DNA from: Synechocystis sp. PCC 6803 substr. PCC-P
Lineage (GTDB): Bacteria > Cyanobacteriota > Cyanobacteriia > Cyanobacteriales > Microcystaceae
Length of the DNA stretch: 32,000 nucleotides
Direction: 5' to 3'
Assembly: GCF_000284455.1 (NCBI RefSeq)
Contig: NC_017039.1
Location: 510,001-542,000, forward strand
The position numbers and the translations under genes were made by a program. Below are positions 21,451 to 32,000 of the stretch, in pieces (within the stretch, counting starts at the first letter, position 1; every line of letters begins with the position of its first letter). The notes beneath the pieces were generated by a model. It was not told the DNA's origin and searched no databases. It was given only the letters and a program-made list of their open reading frames with translations.

Positions 21451-21492
21451 GTAGCGAAAAATACATTTTCTAACTACTTGACTCTTTACGAT
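21451..21492 (+). promoter_or_regulatory. NtcA-activated promoter of glnA
   Basis: GTA-GCGAAAAA-TAC (GTAN8TAC) at 21451-21464, a 22-bp spacer, then TACGAT (TAN3T -10 box) at 21487-21492, 55 bp before the glnA ATG. Confidence 0.88.
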
Positions 21493-21547
21493 GGATAGTC
21501 GACGCAGCGCAAAATCGTAATTTATCTGACTGCACTAAGGAGAAAAA

Positions 21548-22969
21548 ATGGCCAGAACCCCCCAGGAAGTCCTCAAGTGGATCCAAGACGAAAACATTAA
21601 GATTATCGACCTCAAATTTATTGACACGCCGGGAATTTGGCAGCACTGCTCCTTCTATTACGACCAACTTGACGAAAACTCCTTCACCGAAGGTATTCCC
21701 TTTGATGGCTCCAGTATCCGGGGGTGGAAAGCCATTAACGAATCTGATATGTGCATGGTGCCCGACCCAAACACCGCCACCATCGATCCTTTCTGCAAAG
21801 AACCCACCTTGTCCATGATTTGCAGCATCAAGGAGCCCCGCACCGGGGAATGGTATAACCGTGACCCCCGCACCATTGCGGCCAAAGCCGCTGAATATCT
21901 CCGCGGCACCGGCATTGCCGACACCGTTTACTTTGGCCCCGAAGCCGAATTTTTCCTCTTCGATGATATTCGCTTTGGCCAAACGGAAAACTCCAGCTAC
22001 TACTTTGCCGACAGTGTCGAAGGGCGTTGGAACACTGGTCGGGAAGAAGAAGGGGGCAACCTCGGCTACAAACCAGGCTACAAACAGGGTTATTTCCCCG
22101 TGGCTCCCACCGACACCGCCCAGGATATCCGCACAGAAATGTTGCTCACCATGGCGGCCTTTGGCGTTCCCATTGAAAAGCATCACCATGAAGTAGCTTC
22201 CGGTGGTCAAAACGAATTGGGCATCAAGTTCGATAAGTTGGTCAATTCCGCTGACAACTTGATGATCTATAAGTATGTGATCAAAAACGTGGCCAAAAAG
22301 TACGGCAAAACCGTTACCTTTATGCCCAAGCCCATCTTCAACGATAATGGTTCCGGTATGCACGTGCACCAATCCCTCTGGAAAGATGGCCAGCCCCTCT
22401 TTGCTGGGGACAAATACGCCGGCTTTAGCCAGATGGGTCTGTGGTATATCGGCGGGATCTTGAAACATGCCCCCGCTTTGTTGGCCTTCACTAACCCCAC
22501 CACCAACTCCTACAAGCGCCTAGTGCCCGGTTTTGAAGCCCCCGTTAACTTGGCCTATTCCCAAGGTAACCGTTCTGCTTCCGTGCGGATTCCCCTCTCC
22601 GGTGGTAACCCCAAGGCCAAACGTCTGGAATTCCGTTGCCCCGACGCCACCTCCAATCCCTATCTGGCCTTTGCCGCCATGCTCTGTGCGGGCATTGACG
22701 GGATTAAAAATCAAATCGATCCCGGCGAACCCTTGGATGTGGATATCTACGACCTCAGCCCGGAAGAATTGGCTAAGATTCCTTCCACCCCCGGCTCCCT
22801 GGAAGCGGCCTTGGAAGCGTTGGAAAAAGACCATGAATTCCTCACCGGCACTGGTGTATTTTCCCCTGACTTTGTGGAAAGTTGGATTGAGTACAAACTG
22901 GACAACGAAGTTAACCCCATGCGTCTGCGCCCCCACCCCTACGAATTCTCCTTGTACTACGACTGCTAA
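21548..22969 (+). CDS. glnA: Glutamine synthetase type I
   Basis: 473 aa. [108 protein letters not shown]. Confidence 0.99.
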
Positions 22970-23187
22970 ACCAGTCCATCTCACCCAGTTTTAGCTCCGG
23001 TGGCCCTGGGAAAAATCTGTTTCAATAACCGGCCTAGTTCACCGATTATGGCCCCGACTAAGTTGGTCTAGAAATAACAAAAAATTAAATTAAACGGCGA
23101 TCGCCAAACGGATAATTTTTCTGGGGGGCGATTTTTCTTTTGGAAAGATTTGTTGAGTCTAATCAATGGTCTGAATAGGTATTTATC

Positions 23188-26100
23188 ATGGTTATTAGTG
23201 CCACTGTGATATCGATGAAATCTCCCCTGCGTCGCCTATTACTTTCCCCCGTACTACCAATTCTCATCGGGGCCGGGCTATCGGTAATGACTGTTCATAC
23301 TTGGCTTTTTCTCTACAACCAAGTTCAAGAGCGACTGAAGCAGGTTTTGACCAATCGCCTAACTAACATCCACGAACAAATTGAAAACCAGCTCAATATC
23401 CATGTCCGTCAATTAGAGCAGATGGCCGGACGTTGGGAACGATCGCCGACGGGAACGGAGCAAACAGATTGGCGGTTAGATGCCAGGGCCCAAGCAGAAG
23501 GCTTCGATGGGTATCAGACGATTCAATGGGTAGATCCAAAGTTTGTGGTGCGGTGGGTTGAACCATTGCCCGATGATGAGCACGACATTGACTATGCCAA
23601 CCAATATCCCCACCAAATCCAGTCCCTAGAGCTAGCGGCCCGGCAAAAAAATACCATCCTCAGCGGAGTGGTGGATTTAGACCAAGGAGAGAAGGGATTT
23701 TTGGTCTATGTCCCCCTATTTATTGGCGATAGGTTTGACGGTTTTGTGGTGGGGGTTTTCCAGCTCGATCAGTTCATCGGCTCCGTTCGTCCTCTGTCCG
23801 GCAATAAACCAGACCAGGATAGTGGTCTGCGGAGTTTTGGTCTACGTATTTTTGAAGGCAATCAACTCATTTATAACGATGTCCCTGACGATTGGGAGCA
23901 GGACATTGTGGTGACCCAGGAATTGGCATGGGCTAACTCATTGCCCCAGGCGGAAGCCATGACCAGCCGTTGGCAACTGCAATTGGTGCCGGGCCCCATT
24001 CTGCTAGATCAGTACGGTTCATCGCAATGGATTTTGTTCAGTGGTTTGCTGATGGCTTGGGCCGTGGCGATCGCCGTTTATTATCTGCAAAAAAGTAGTA
24101 AACATAGTGAACAACTGAGTGAATCAATCAAACAACAGCAAAAGGTCGAAGAGTTTTTAAAATCCACTCTCCAGGAATTAGCCGTGCAAAAAACCGCCCT
24201 GGATGAAGCGGCCATTGTGGCCATTACTGATACCGAGGGCGTTATCACCTACGTCAACGATAAATTTGTCGAGGTGTCTGGTTATAGTCGGGAAGAATTA
24301 ATTGGCAACACTCATCGCTTGGTCAGTTCTGGCTACCATTCCCCAGAATTCTTTCAACAATTTTGGCAGACCATTAGGGCAGGAAAAGTCTGGCATGGGC
24401 AAATTAACAATAGAGCCAAAGCCGGTAATACCTATTGGGTTGACAGCACCGTTGTTCCTTTTTTGGATGACAATGGCAATCCCTATCAATACCTAGCCAT
24501 CCGCTTTGAAATTACCTCCAGCAAACAGGCGGAAAAAAGTTTGCGCGAAAGTGAAGCCCGGTTTCGCATGATGGCGGACACCTCCCCGATTATGTTGTGG
24601 GTGGCGGACCAGGACAAAAAAATGACCTTTGTCAATCAGTCTTGGTTGGAATTCCGGGGGGCTACCCTAGCGGAAGAATCGGGCAATGGTTATCTAGAAG
24701 GCATTCACCCCGATGATAAGGGCCATTACTTAGGGGTTTATTCCCAGGCCTTTGGCGATCGCCGACGTTTTGAATTGGAATATCGCTACCGCAGGGTAGA
24801 CCAGCAATACCGTTGGATTGTCAATGTGGGGGTGCCCCGTTACCTCGAAGACGGGAAATTTATGGGCTACGTGGGGTCTTGTCTGGATATTACTGACCGT
24901 AAACAGGCCCAGGACATCCTCCAGAAAAAGCTTAATCAAATCCTGTTAATGCGGAAAATTAGCCAGGAAATCCGCCGGAGCTTACAACCGACCTTAATTT
25001 TCCAAACCGCCGCCCGTCAAGTGGGCAATGTCTTTGCGGTGAGCCGTTGCCTGATCCACAACTACTCGGAAGCCACTACCCTACAGGTGCCCGTGGTGGC
25101 GGAGTATTTAGGGGGACAATTTACTTCCCTGTTAGCCGGAGAAATTGCCGTGGAACAAGCCTATGACCCCACCATCATTCAAGGCGATCGGGCTATGGCT
25201 GTGGTGGACCTAGACCAGGATTTAAACTCCACCCACACCAAAGCATTTTACCAACGGTTTCAGGTCAAATCCTTTTTGGCAGTGCGGACTTCCTATCAAG
25301 GTAAAGCCAACGGCATCATCGCCCTGCACCAGTGTGACCGACAACGGGTTTGGACAGCGGACGAAATTGAGTTACTAGAGGCGATCGCCGAACAAATGGG
25401 CATAGCCCTGGCCCAAGCCGCCCTACTGGAAAAGGAACGGGAACGCCGTCGGGAATTGGCCCAGAAAAATCTGGAATTAGAAAAAGCTACATGGGCCGCC
25501 GAAGCCGCTAACCGTGCCAAAGGTGAATTCCTGGCCATGATGAGCCATGAAATTCGCACTCCCATGAATGGAGTCATTGGCATGACGGAATTGTTGATTA
25601 TGACCGACTTAAATCTACAGCAACTAGATTACGTCCAAACCATTCGCCAGAGTGGAGAAACCCTGCTGACCATCATCAACGATATCCTCGACTTTTCTAA
25701 AATTGAAGCCGATAAACTGGTGTTGGAAACCCAAGCATTTGAACTGAGACCCCTAATTGAAACCGTGCTGGAAATGTTTGGTCCCATTGCCAGGGCTAAA
25801 CATTTGGAATTGACCTATGGCATCGACCCCCAAACCCCGGCCCGCATTTTGGGAGACCAGGTACGATTGCGGCAAATTCTCTCCAATTTGATCGGCAATG
25901 CCCTCAAATTCACCGAAAAGGGGGAAGTAGTGCTGACGGTGAAAGGGGAACCCTTTGATCCCGCTGAGTCTTACCACACTATTTTGAATTTACCCCACCC
26001 CAGCCATCGCATCTGTTTTAATCTGCGGGATACGGGCATTGGCATACCGTTGGATCGGCAAGACCGTCTGTTCAAGTCCTTTAGCCAAGTGGATTCTTCC

Positions 26101-27576
26101 ACCACCCGGAAATATGGTGGCACAGGATTGGGTTTAGTCATTAGCCAACGCCTGACCCAGATGATGGGAGGGGTGCTGACGGTGACCAGTGAACCGGGGG
26201 TAGGTTCCAATTTTCGTTTCTGCATTCTGACCACAGCCCAGGCCCCCGCCCTAGCGGAAGCTGATTCGGTGCAACAGATGAAGGGTAAACAAGTTTTGAT
26301 TGTGGATGATAACGAAACTAACCGGCGGATTCTGCAGGATCAATGCCAGGCCTGGGGGTTGGTGTGCCATTGCTTTACCAGTGGGGAATCAGCCCTAGAT
26401 TGGTTTGCCCGTTGCCCAGACTTGGATGCGGCTATTTTAGATTTACAAATGCCCAATATGGACGGCATTACCCTGGCGCACCATCTACGACAATTTGCTC
26501 AGGGCAAGGATCTGCCCATTATTCTGCTTTCCTCTGGGCTAGTGGCGGGAGCGGATGAGTTGTCTGTATTTCAGACGGTGCTCAATAAACCAGTGCGTCA
26601 GTCCTTAATATTTGACAGTTTAGTTAACATTTTTCAGGGGTCTATAGGTCTGGCTGATTACGCGCCACAGTTTGATCAGTTAGATTTACCGGAGTTTGTC
26701 CCAGACGGGGATGGGCTCCCCACGGAAGATAACGCCACCAGTCTACAACCGGCCCTACAAATTCTCTTGGCAGAGGATAATCTGGTTAATCAAAAGGTAG
26801 CCCACCAGATGCTAAATAATTTGGGTTACCCGGTGGCGATCGCCAACAATGGCCAGGAAGTGATCGATGCCTTGGAGAAAAAATTCTATGACTTGGTCTT
26901 GATGGATATGCAAATGCCGGTGATGGATGGCATAACCGCCTGCCGCCACATCCGTCAAACCTTGCCGCTGGAACGTCAGCCTCGCATTGTGGCCATGACC
27001 GCCAATGCCATGCCGGGCGATCGCCAAGAGTGCTTGGATGCTGGCATGGACGGCTATATTAGTAAGCCTATTTCCATTAACCAACTACGAAAAGTACTAC
27101 AGGATACTTCAGCCCTAATCACTTCCCCCCAAGCTAGGGAAGATATTGTTACTCTAGGGGACAAAATTACGGTTGTGGAAGAACAAACCATGGTCAAACC
27201 CACTGATGTAACCGAGTCTCCCCTTGACCCCACGGCGATCGCCTTTTTACGGGACGACCTCTGTGGCGGCGACCTGACCCTATTCGGGGAAATGGTGGCG
27301 TGTTACTGCCAGGAAAGCCAAAAGCTCATAGAAGAATTAGTACAGGGCTTAGAGGTGGACGATTTTGCCGTGATCAGACGCACCGCCCATTCCCTCAAAT
27401 CCAGCAGTGCTTCCCTGGGAGCCCAACAATTGTCCACTTTTTGTCAACAACTAGAAAAGAACGCTGGATCAGGTAACCTAGGATTAGGGTCTCCCCCTCA
27501 GTTGGTTGACCGCTGTCGACAATTACACATCGCCGTGGTGGAAGCCCTTGCGCCCTTCACCATTCCCTCGCCATGA
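23188..27576 (+). CDS. Hybrid sensor histidine kinase, CHASE-like sensor-PAS-PAS-GAF-HisKA-HATPase-REC-REC-Hpt (probably Hik14-like)
   Basis: 1462 aa. Periplasmic sensor region [21 protein letters not shown] between TM segments, [31 protein letters not shown], His[28 protein letters not shown]1 [17 protein letters not shown]2 [14 protein letters not shown] ... [13 protein letters not shown], Hpt [16 protein letters not shown]. Confidence 0.95.
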   Translation: MVISATVISMKSPLRRLLLSPVLPILIGAGLSVMTVHTWLFLYNQVQERLKQVLTNRLTNIHEQIENQLNIHVRQLEQMAGRWERSPTGTEQTDWRLDARAQAEGFDGYQTIQWVDPKFVVRWVEPLPDDEHDIDYANQYPHQIQSLELAARQKNTILSGVVDLDQGEKGFLVYVPLFIGDRFDGFVVGVFQLDQFIGSVRPLSGNKPDQDSGLRSFGLRIFEGNQLIYNDVPDDWEQDIVVTQELAWANSLPQAEAMTSRWQLQLVPGPILLDQYGSSQWILFSGLLMAWAVAIAVYYLQKSSKHSEQLSESIKQQQKVEEFLKSTLQELAVQKTALDEAAIVAITDTEGVITYVNDKFVEVSGYSREELIGNTHRLVSSGYHSPEFFQQFWQTIRAGKVWHGQINNRAKAGNTYWVDSTVVPFLDDNGNPYQYLAIRFEITSSKQAEKSLRESEARFRMMADTSPIMLWVADQDKKMTFVNQSWLEFRGATLAEESGNGYLEGIHPDDKGHYLGVYSQAFGDRRRFELEYRYRRVDQQYRWIVNVGVPRYLEDGKFMGYVGSCLDITDRKQAQDILQKKLNQILLMRKISQEIRRSLQPTLIFQTAARQVGNVFAVSRCLIHNYSEATTLQVPVVAEYLGGQFTSLLAGEIAVEQAYDPTIIQGDRAMAVVDLDQDLNSTHTKAFYQRFQVKSFLAVRTSYQGKANGIIALHQCDRQRVWTADEIELLEAIAEQMGIALAQAALLEKERERRRELAQKNLELEKATWAAEAANRAKGEFLAMMSHEIRTPMNGVIGMTELLIMTDLNLQQLDYVQTIRQSGETLLTIINDILDFSKIEADKLVLETQAFELRPLIETVLEMFGPIARAKHLELTYGIDPQTPARILGDQVRLRQILSNLIGNALKFTEKGEVVLTVKGEPFDPAESYHTILNLPHPSHRICFNLRDTGIGIPLDRQDRLFKSFSQVDSSTTRKYGGTGLGLVISQRLTQMMGGVLTVTSEPGVGSNFRFCILTTAQAPALAEADSVQQMKGKQVLIVDDNETNRRILQDQCQAWGLVCHCFTSGESALDWFARCPDLDAAILDLQMPNMDGITLAHHLRQFAQGKDLPIILLSSGLVAGADELSVFQTVLNKPVRQSLIFDSLVNIFQGSIGLADYAPQFDQLDLPEFVPDGDGLPTEDNATSLQPALQILLAEDNLVNQKVAHQMLNNLGYPVAIANNGQEVIDALEKKFYDLVLMDMQMPVMDGITACRHIRQTLPLERQPRIVAMTANAMPGDRQECLDAGMDGYISKPISINQLRKVLQDTSALITSPQAREDIVTLGDKITVVEEQTMVKPTDVTESPLDPTAIAFLRDDLCGGDLTLFGEMVACYCQESQKLIEELVQGLEVDDFAVIRRTAHSLKSSSASLGAQQLSTFCQQLEKNAGSGNLGLGSPPQLVDRCRQLHIAVVEALAPFTIPSP

Positions 27577-28520
27577 ATCTGCCTCAACCAATAGAAACCG
27601 CCGCCGCAAAAATTTTGGTGGTGGACGATGACGGTTTTATGAGGATGCAACTGCGGGTTTATTTGCAAAAGGAAGGACACCGGGTAGAACTGGCTACCAA
27701 TGGGGAAGAAGCCCTAACCAAATTTGCCGAAATTAAACCAGAAGTGGTGCTACTGGATGCCGTGATGCCCGTCATGGATGGCTTTGCCTGTTGTCAGGCC
27801 CTGATGAAAATTTATCAAAATCCTTCCCCATTGGTATTAATGATCACAGGGCTAGATGATGAAGCCTCGGTGGATCGGGCCTTTGAAGCAGGGGCGATCG
27901 ACTATGTGACCAAACCCATTCATTGGGCGGTGCTGCGGCAGAGGGTAAAACGTTTGCTCTATCAAAACCGCCTTCAACACCAATTGGAATCCGTCAACCA
28001 AATGTTGGAGCGCTTAGCTAAGGTGGATCAACTTACCCAGTTGGCCAACCGTCGTCAACTGGAGTTATTTCTCGACACGGAATGGTCCGAAGCAATCCGA
28101 GAACAGTATCCTTTTTCTATTCTGCTGTGTGACATAGATTATTTCAAAAACTATAACGACCATTATGGTCACCAGGGGGGCGACGACTGCTTACAACAGG
28201 TGGCTAAGGCTTTAACCAGGGTGGTGCACCGTCCTAAGGATTTGGCCGCTCGCTACGGTGGGGAAGAATTTTTGATTGTCCTACCCAACACAGACCTCCA
28301 AGGGGCCATCCACATCGGTGAAGACATCCAGGCGGAGATTACCCGTCTAGCTATTCCCCACGTCCAATCGGCGATCGCCGACCATGTCACCCTGAGCATT
28401 GGTTGTGCCAGCACCATTCCCCGCCTAGGCAGTGATTGGGGAAAGTTGGTGGGGGCAGCGGATCAATATTTGTATGAAGCTAAGGCCCAAGGGCGTAATC
28501 GTTTAGTCAGTGGTCGATGA
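27573..28520 (+). CDS. Response regulator with GGDEF (diguanylate cyclase) output domain
   Basis: 315 aa. [27 protein letters not shown] ... [20 protein letters not shown] domain has YGGEEF preceded by RPKD (RxxD I-site, 5 residues upstream). Confidence 0.95.
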   Translation: MNLPQPIETAAAKILVVDDDGFMRMQLRVYLQKEGHRVELATNGEEALTKFAEIKPEVVLLDAVMPVMDGFACCQALMKIYQNPSPLVLMITGLDDEASVDRAFEAGAIDYVTKPIHWAVLRQRVKRLLYQNRLQHQLESVNQMLERLAKVDQLTQLANRRQLELFLDTEWSEAIREQYPFSILLCDIDYFKNYNDHYGHQGGDDCLQQVAKALTRVVHRPKDLAARYGGEEFLIVLPNTDLQGAIHIGEDIQAEITRLAIPHVQSAIADHVTLSIGCASTIPRLGSDWGKLVGAADQYLYEAKAQGRNRLVSGR

Positions 28521-28573
28521 GGGGAAGAACCCATGGGATAATCAGGCCAACACTACTCCGACCTATTTTTTTG

Positions 28574-29122
28574 ATGAAATTTTTTACCGCTATGCGCGAC
28601 ATTCTTATTAGTCTGACCGTTGTTACTTTTTTTAGCTTGGTGTTAATTTCCGTGGCCATTTTTGGTAAATCTTCTCCGTCGGCGATCGCCGCTCCCCAGG
28701 AAGTTAAACCAGTCCAAATTGCCCAAGCTTCTGCCCTACAAACCCCGGAACCATCTCCCATGACTGCCGAAAATTCCGCCAATATTGTCACCACCGAGTC
28801 TGGATTGCAATACATCGATGAAGTGGTAGGGGAAGGCCCCAGCCCCACTAAAGGCCAAAAAGTAGAAGTACACTACACTGGCCGCCTCACCGACGGCACT
28901 AAGTTTGATAGCTCCGTGGACCGCAATAAGCCTTTTACCTTCACCATTGGCGTCGGCCAGGTGATCAAAGGTTGGGACGAAGGGGTGGCCACCATGCAAG
29001 TGGGTGGTAAGCGTAAACTGATCATTCCACCGGACTTGGCCTATGGCTCCCGGGGAGCGGGTGGTGTAATTCCCCCCAATGCCACCTTGGAATTTGAAGT
29101 GGAATTGCTTGGTATTAAGTAG
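28574..29122 (+). CDS. FKBP-type peptidyl-prolyl cis-trans isomerase with N-terminal signal/anchor
   Basis: [90 protein letters not shown]. The likely start [17 protein letters not shown] is internal to the listed ORF (17-nt-frame start at 28517). Confidence 0.95.
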   Translation: MKFFTAMRDILISLTVVTFFSLVLISVAIFGKSSPSAIAAPQEVKPVQIAQASALQTPEPSPMTAENSANIVTTESGLQYIDEVVGEGPSPTKGQKVEVHYTGRLTDGTKFDSSVDRNKPFTFTIGVGQVIKGWDEGVATMQVGGKRKLIIPPDLAYGSRGAGGVIPPNATLEFEVELLGIK

Positions 29123-29218
29123 TTTTTGGCGGATTTTTGTCCTAGAACGGAACTGGATAAGCCCCCTTGCTTCCTAATTTTGGGGAAAATCAAAATCCCC
29201 AGTATGGCGGGAGTTTTA

Positions 29219-29339
29219 GAACTTGTTTGAAAAGCCCCCCTGACCCCCCAAATTTGGGGGGAAAGAGAGGCGAAATCCCCCAGAATTGCAGAGCTGTGAG
29301 GAAATTTAGGTAGCAAGATAAGACCTTACAAACCGGCTC
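29219..29339. mobile_element. Possible 121-bp MITE related to the IS5-family element at 10973-11522
   Basis: Left end GAACTTGTTTGAAAAGC matches the IS left end GAAAATGTTTGAAAAGT at 14/17. Right end reverse complement GAGCCGGTTTGTAAGGT matches the IS right end GAGCGCGTTTGAAAAGT at 13/17. TTA on both sides (29216-29218, 29340-29342). Confidence 0.5.
29244..29261. repeat. 18-bp perfect palindrome CCCCCCAAATTTGGGGGG in the intergenic region
   Basis: Read directly from the sequence, inside the putative MITE. Confidence 0.9.
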
Positions 29340-29389
29340 TTAGGGGGAAAATGGCGACCTTTCAGCCCTTCTTTCGACGAAAATCCCTC

Positions 29390-29956
29390 TTAACAACTCT
29401 CAATTTGGATAATCTGCTTTTCCGTCACTAGGGTTTGCAGGGGCATATCCCAAGGATCGTGGGGTAATTTTTCCCTCAAACCCGCCTCGAATAATATGCC
29501 CACCTTCGGTACTGCTCGCCATAATGGATCGGCAAACAGTCGGTCATAATAGCCGCCGCCATAACCCAAACGATATCCTTGGCGATCGCCTGCTAGGCAA
29601 GGCACTAGCAATAAATCCACTGTGTTTGGTGACCAAATTTCAGTCTGATCGGCGGGCACTTTAATGCCATAGGCTCCGGTGGTTAACGGTTGTCCCCATT
29701 GCCACGGATGCCAAACCAAACTTTTTTGCACACAGCGGGGCAATACCCAAACTTTTGCTTTCCCTAGGCGATCGAACAAGGGTTGTAAATCCGCTTCCCG
29801 TTGGGTACTGCAATAGGCACAAATCCGGCTGGCCTGCTGAAAAACCGACCATTGCTGGAGTTGGGCACATAGTTCCAGGCTTTGCTGTTGCCATTGGGCC
29901 TCGGACAATTGCCTTCTTTCTTGTAGTAATTGGGCTCGTAATTGGGCTTTATCCAC
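29390..29956 (-). CDS. 5-formyltetrahydrofolate cyclo-ligase
   Basis: 188 aa. LRAQLLQERRQLS, YCSTQREADLQPLFDRLG, VDLLLVPCLAGDRQGYRLGYGGGYYDRLF. Confidence 0.9.
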   Translation of the reverse strand: MDKAQLRAQLLQERRQLSEAQWQQQSLELCAQLQQWSVFQQASRICAYCSTQREADLQPLFDRLGKAKVWVLPRCVQKSLVWHPWQWGQPLTTGAYGIKVPADQTEIWSPNTVDLLLVPCLAGDRQGYRLGYGGGYYDRLFADPLWRAVPKVGILFEAGLREKLPHDPWDMPLQTLVTEKQIIQIESC

Positions 29957-30112
29957 GGCGACTCAGAAAGGGCAAGATTAGCGGAGTTATCCACTGCTTA
30001 CAATGATGCCGATTGTGGTGGATAGCCCGCGCTATTAATGGCCATGGTACTGGCATTTTCCGGTTTAATGCTGGCTGTATAACTAAGGCGATCGCCGTTT
30101 GTAGGAGTTCAT

Positions 30113-30865
30113 TTGGCTAATATCACCGTTCAAGGCAAAACTTTTACCCAGATCCAAGCCCTAATTTTCGATAAGGACGGCACTCTGGAAAATTCCAAGG
30201 TGTATCTGGAAAAACTCACCGTGGCTAGGTTGGCCCTATTGGAACAGGGAATACCAGCCGCAAACTTTGGCGATCGCCTGGCTGGGGCCTTTGGTTTTGA
30301 CCGGAGCAGTGCTCAGTTAGATCCAGGGGGACTAATGGCGGTGGGCAGTCGTCGGGATAATGTTATTGCCGCCGCTAGCTACATTGCCGAACAGGGCTAT
30401 GGCTGGTTCCAGAGTTTGGACATTGCTAACCAATGTTTTGACCAGGCCGATCGCCAAATTATTGCCAATGCCCATACCTGTCCCATGTTCCCCGGAGTAG
30501 TGGACAGCCTTACATTGTGGCAACAACAGGGGGTAAAAATTGCCATCCTTTCCGCCGCCCGCCAAAGGAGTGTGGAACGGTTCATTGCCGATCACCAATT
30601 GCAAAGCCTAGTGGATGTGGCTAAGGGGTCGGACCAAGGACTCAGTAAACCTGATCCAGCTTTATACCTTTTAACCTGCCGGGAGTTGGGCGTGAAACCG
30701 GAGCACACCTTGATGATTGGGGATGCCCAGGGGGATATCACCATGGCCAAAGGGGCCCATGCCCAAGGGGCGATCGCCATTCACTGGCCTGGTTATGCCC
30801 AGGGAAACCTAGTGGGGACCGACGCCACCATCGCCGATTTACAGCAAATTCACTGCCAGCCCTAA
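30113..30865 (+). CDS. HAD-family hydrolase/phosphatase
   Basis: 250 aa. IFDKDGTLENS, KIAILSAARQRSVERFI, LSKPDPALYLLTCRELGVKPEHTLMIGDAQGDITMAKGAHAQGAIAI. TTG start preceded by GGAG. Confidence 0.88.
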   Translation: MANITVQGKTFTQIQALIFDKDGTLENSKVYLEKLTVARLALLEQGIPAANFGDRLAGAFGFDRSSAQLDPGGLMAVGSRRDNVIAAASYIAEQGYGWFQSLDIANQCFDQADRQIIANAHTCPMFPGVVDSLTLWQQQGVKIAILSAARQRSVERFIADHQLQSLVDVAKGSDQGLSKPDPALYLLTCRELGVKPEHTLMIGDAQGDITMAKGAHAQGAIAIHWPGYAQGNLVGTDATIADLQQIHCQP

Positions 30866-30964
30866 ACACCCCCAACGGCCTAGCCCCAGCTTGAGCCGAA
30901 ACAACAAACGTGGGAAGATAGCCCTTGCCCGTCGTCCTGGTTCTTAGTTTTTTGGTTAGTTCCT

Positions 30965-32000
30965 ATGCAGTGCCGTGTTTGTGATTCTACCCGTCTAGAT
31001 TTGGCGATCGATTTGGGGGAACAACCCTGGTGTAACCATTTTCTCACCCCGGCGGAAGTGGGCCAGGAACCCTATTATCCCCTGCGGGTTTTATACTGCC
31101 AGGACTGCGGCACCGTGCAGTTGGACTACACAGTTAAAAAAGAAATCATGTTTGGGGACCACACCTATTTGTCCGGTGTGACCAAATCCCTCAGTGATCA
31201 TTTTGCTCGGGTGGCCCAGGAAGTGGACGAACGCTTTTTTGCCAATACTCCCGGAAAATCCGTGCTGGACATTGGCTCCAACGATGGCACCCAACTAAAA
31301 CATTTCCAAGCCTTGGGTTACGACGTACTGGGGGTGGAATCCTCCAAAACCACTGCCAAAATTGCCAACGATGCGGGGGTGCCCACCCTGAATGATTTTT
31401 TCAATTTGGAAGTAGTCGAAAAGTTAGGGCGTAAATTTTCCGCCATTAATGCGGCGGGCGTCTTTTTCCATCTCGAAGAACTCCATTCCGTAACGGAAGG
31501 TATTCGGGAAGCGTTGGCAGAAGATGGGGTATTTGTGGTGCAGTTTCTTTACATGAAACGCATTGTGGAAAACCTGGCTTTCGACCAAATTTACCACGAG
31601 CATTTACTGTACTATAATCTCCAAACCATCGAAGTGTTGCTCAATCGCCATGGACTGTCCATGTTTGATGCCTACTTAGCTCCTATCCACGGTGGTTCCA
31701 TTGTCGGTTTTGTCACCCATCAAGGCAAACGGCAACCCACAGAACGGCTCCAGGCCATGCGCCAGTCGGAAATAGATGAAAAAAGTAATGATTACCAAAC
31801 CTACCTTGATTTTGCCCAACGCATTGAAACGATGAAGGCAGAAAACCTGGCCTATTTAGACGAAGCTAAGCAAGCTGGTAAAACCGTTTGGGGCTTTGGC
31901 GCTCCGGTGAAGGGTAATACCTTGCTCAATTACTTTGGCATTGGTACCCAATATTTAGACTATTTGGTGGAAAAAAATGAGCTACGGCGGGGCTTGGTTT
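30965..32000 (+). CDS. SAM-dependent C-methyltransferase with N-terminal zinc-binding domain; 3' end outside the window
   Basis: Manual translation from ATG 30965: MQCRVCDSTRLDLAIDLGEQPWCNHFLTPAEVG ... VLYCQDCGTVQLD (CxxC pairs), SAM motif VLDIGSNDGTQL, C-terminal VWGFGAPVKGNTLLNYFGI. Frame is open to the right edge, so it is absent from the ORF track. Confidence 0.88.
   Translation, partial: MQCRVCDSTRLDLAIDLGEQPWCNHFLTPAEVGQEPYYPLRVLYCQDCGTVQLDYTVKKEIMFGDHTYLSGVTKSLSDHFARVAQEVDERFFANTPGKSVLDIGSNDGTQLKHFQALGYDVLGVESSKTTAKIANDAGVPTLNDFFNLEVVEKLGRKFSAINAAGVFFHLEELHSVTEGIREALAEDGVFVVQFLYMKRIVENLAFDQIYHEHLLYYNLQTIEVLLNRHGLSMFDAYLAPIHGGSIVGFVTHQGKRQPTERLQAMRQSEIDEKSNDYQTYLDFAQRIETMKAENLAYLDEAKQAGKTVWGFGAPVKGNTLLNYFGIGTQYLDYLVEKNELRRGLV

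Noticed and set aside
21493-21547. Glutamine riboswitch in the glnA leader
   Set aside because: The predicted leader is only about 48 nt and no recognisable conserved glnA-motif sequence was seen.
21470-22468. Long 332-aa ORF antisense to glnA
   Set aside because: The composition mirrors the glnA coding strand and there are no family motifs. Glutamine synthetase is unambiguous on the plus strand.
29041-29316. 91-aa minus-strand ORF between the FKBP and cyclo-ligase genes
   Set aside because: It overlaps the FKBP 3' end and the C/G-rich repeat, and its low-complexity translation looks like repeat read-through.

Overview
The window reads as chromosomal cyanobacterial DNA. HIP1 palindromes (GCGATCGC) and gene content resemble Synechocystis sp. 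PCC 6803 or a close relative, but this identification comes from recalled knowledge, not a search. In order it contains: 3' part of chlH with a terminator; an AT-rich orphan OLD-family ATPase/TOPRIM nuclease; a DUF2157-like membrane protein, MazG, a GT2 glycosyltransferase and a PAS histidine kinase (all minus strand); a DUF4351 fragment next to a degraded 550-bp IS5-family element; a minus-strand cluster of a small HTH-like protein, an MlaF-like ATPase and an MlaD/MCE protein; a 1749-aa protein joining an N-terminal TPS/hemagglutinin secretion domain, an uninterrupted (Glu-Pro)x104 tract and a C-terminal CHAT caspase-like domain; gpsA; a GNAT acetyltransferase; glnA with an NtcA-type promoter; a CHASE-like/PAS/GAF/HK/REC/REC/Hpt hybrid kinase overlapping a REC-GGDEF response regulator; an FKBP PPIase; a possible 121-bp MITE; 5-formyl-THF cyclo-ligase; a HAD phosphatase; and an incomplete methyltransferase at the right edge. 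The best candidates for follow-up are the TPS-(EP)n-CHAT protein, the orphan OLD nuclease, and the IS/MITE pair sharing termini and TTA duplications. No CRISPR, rRNA or tRNA gene was recognised.
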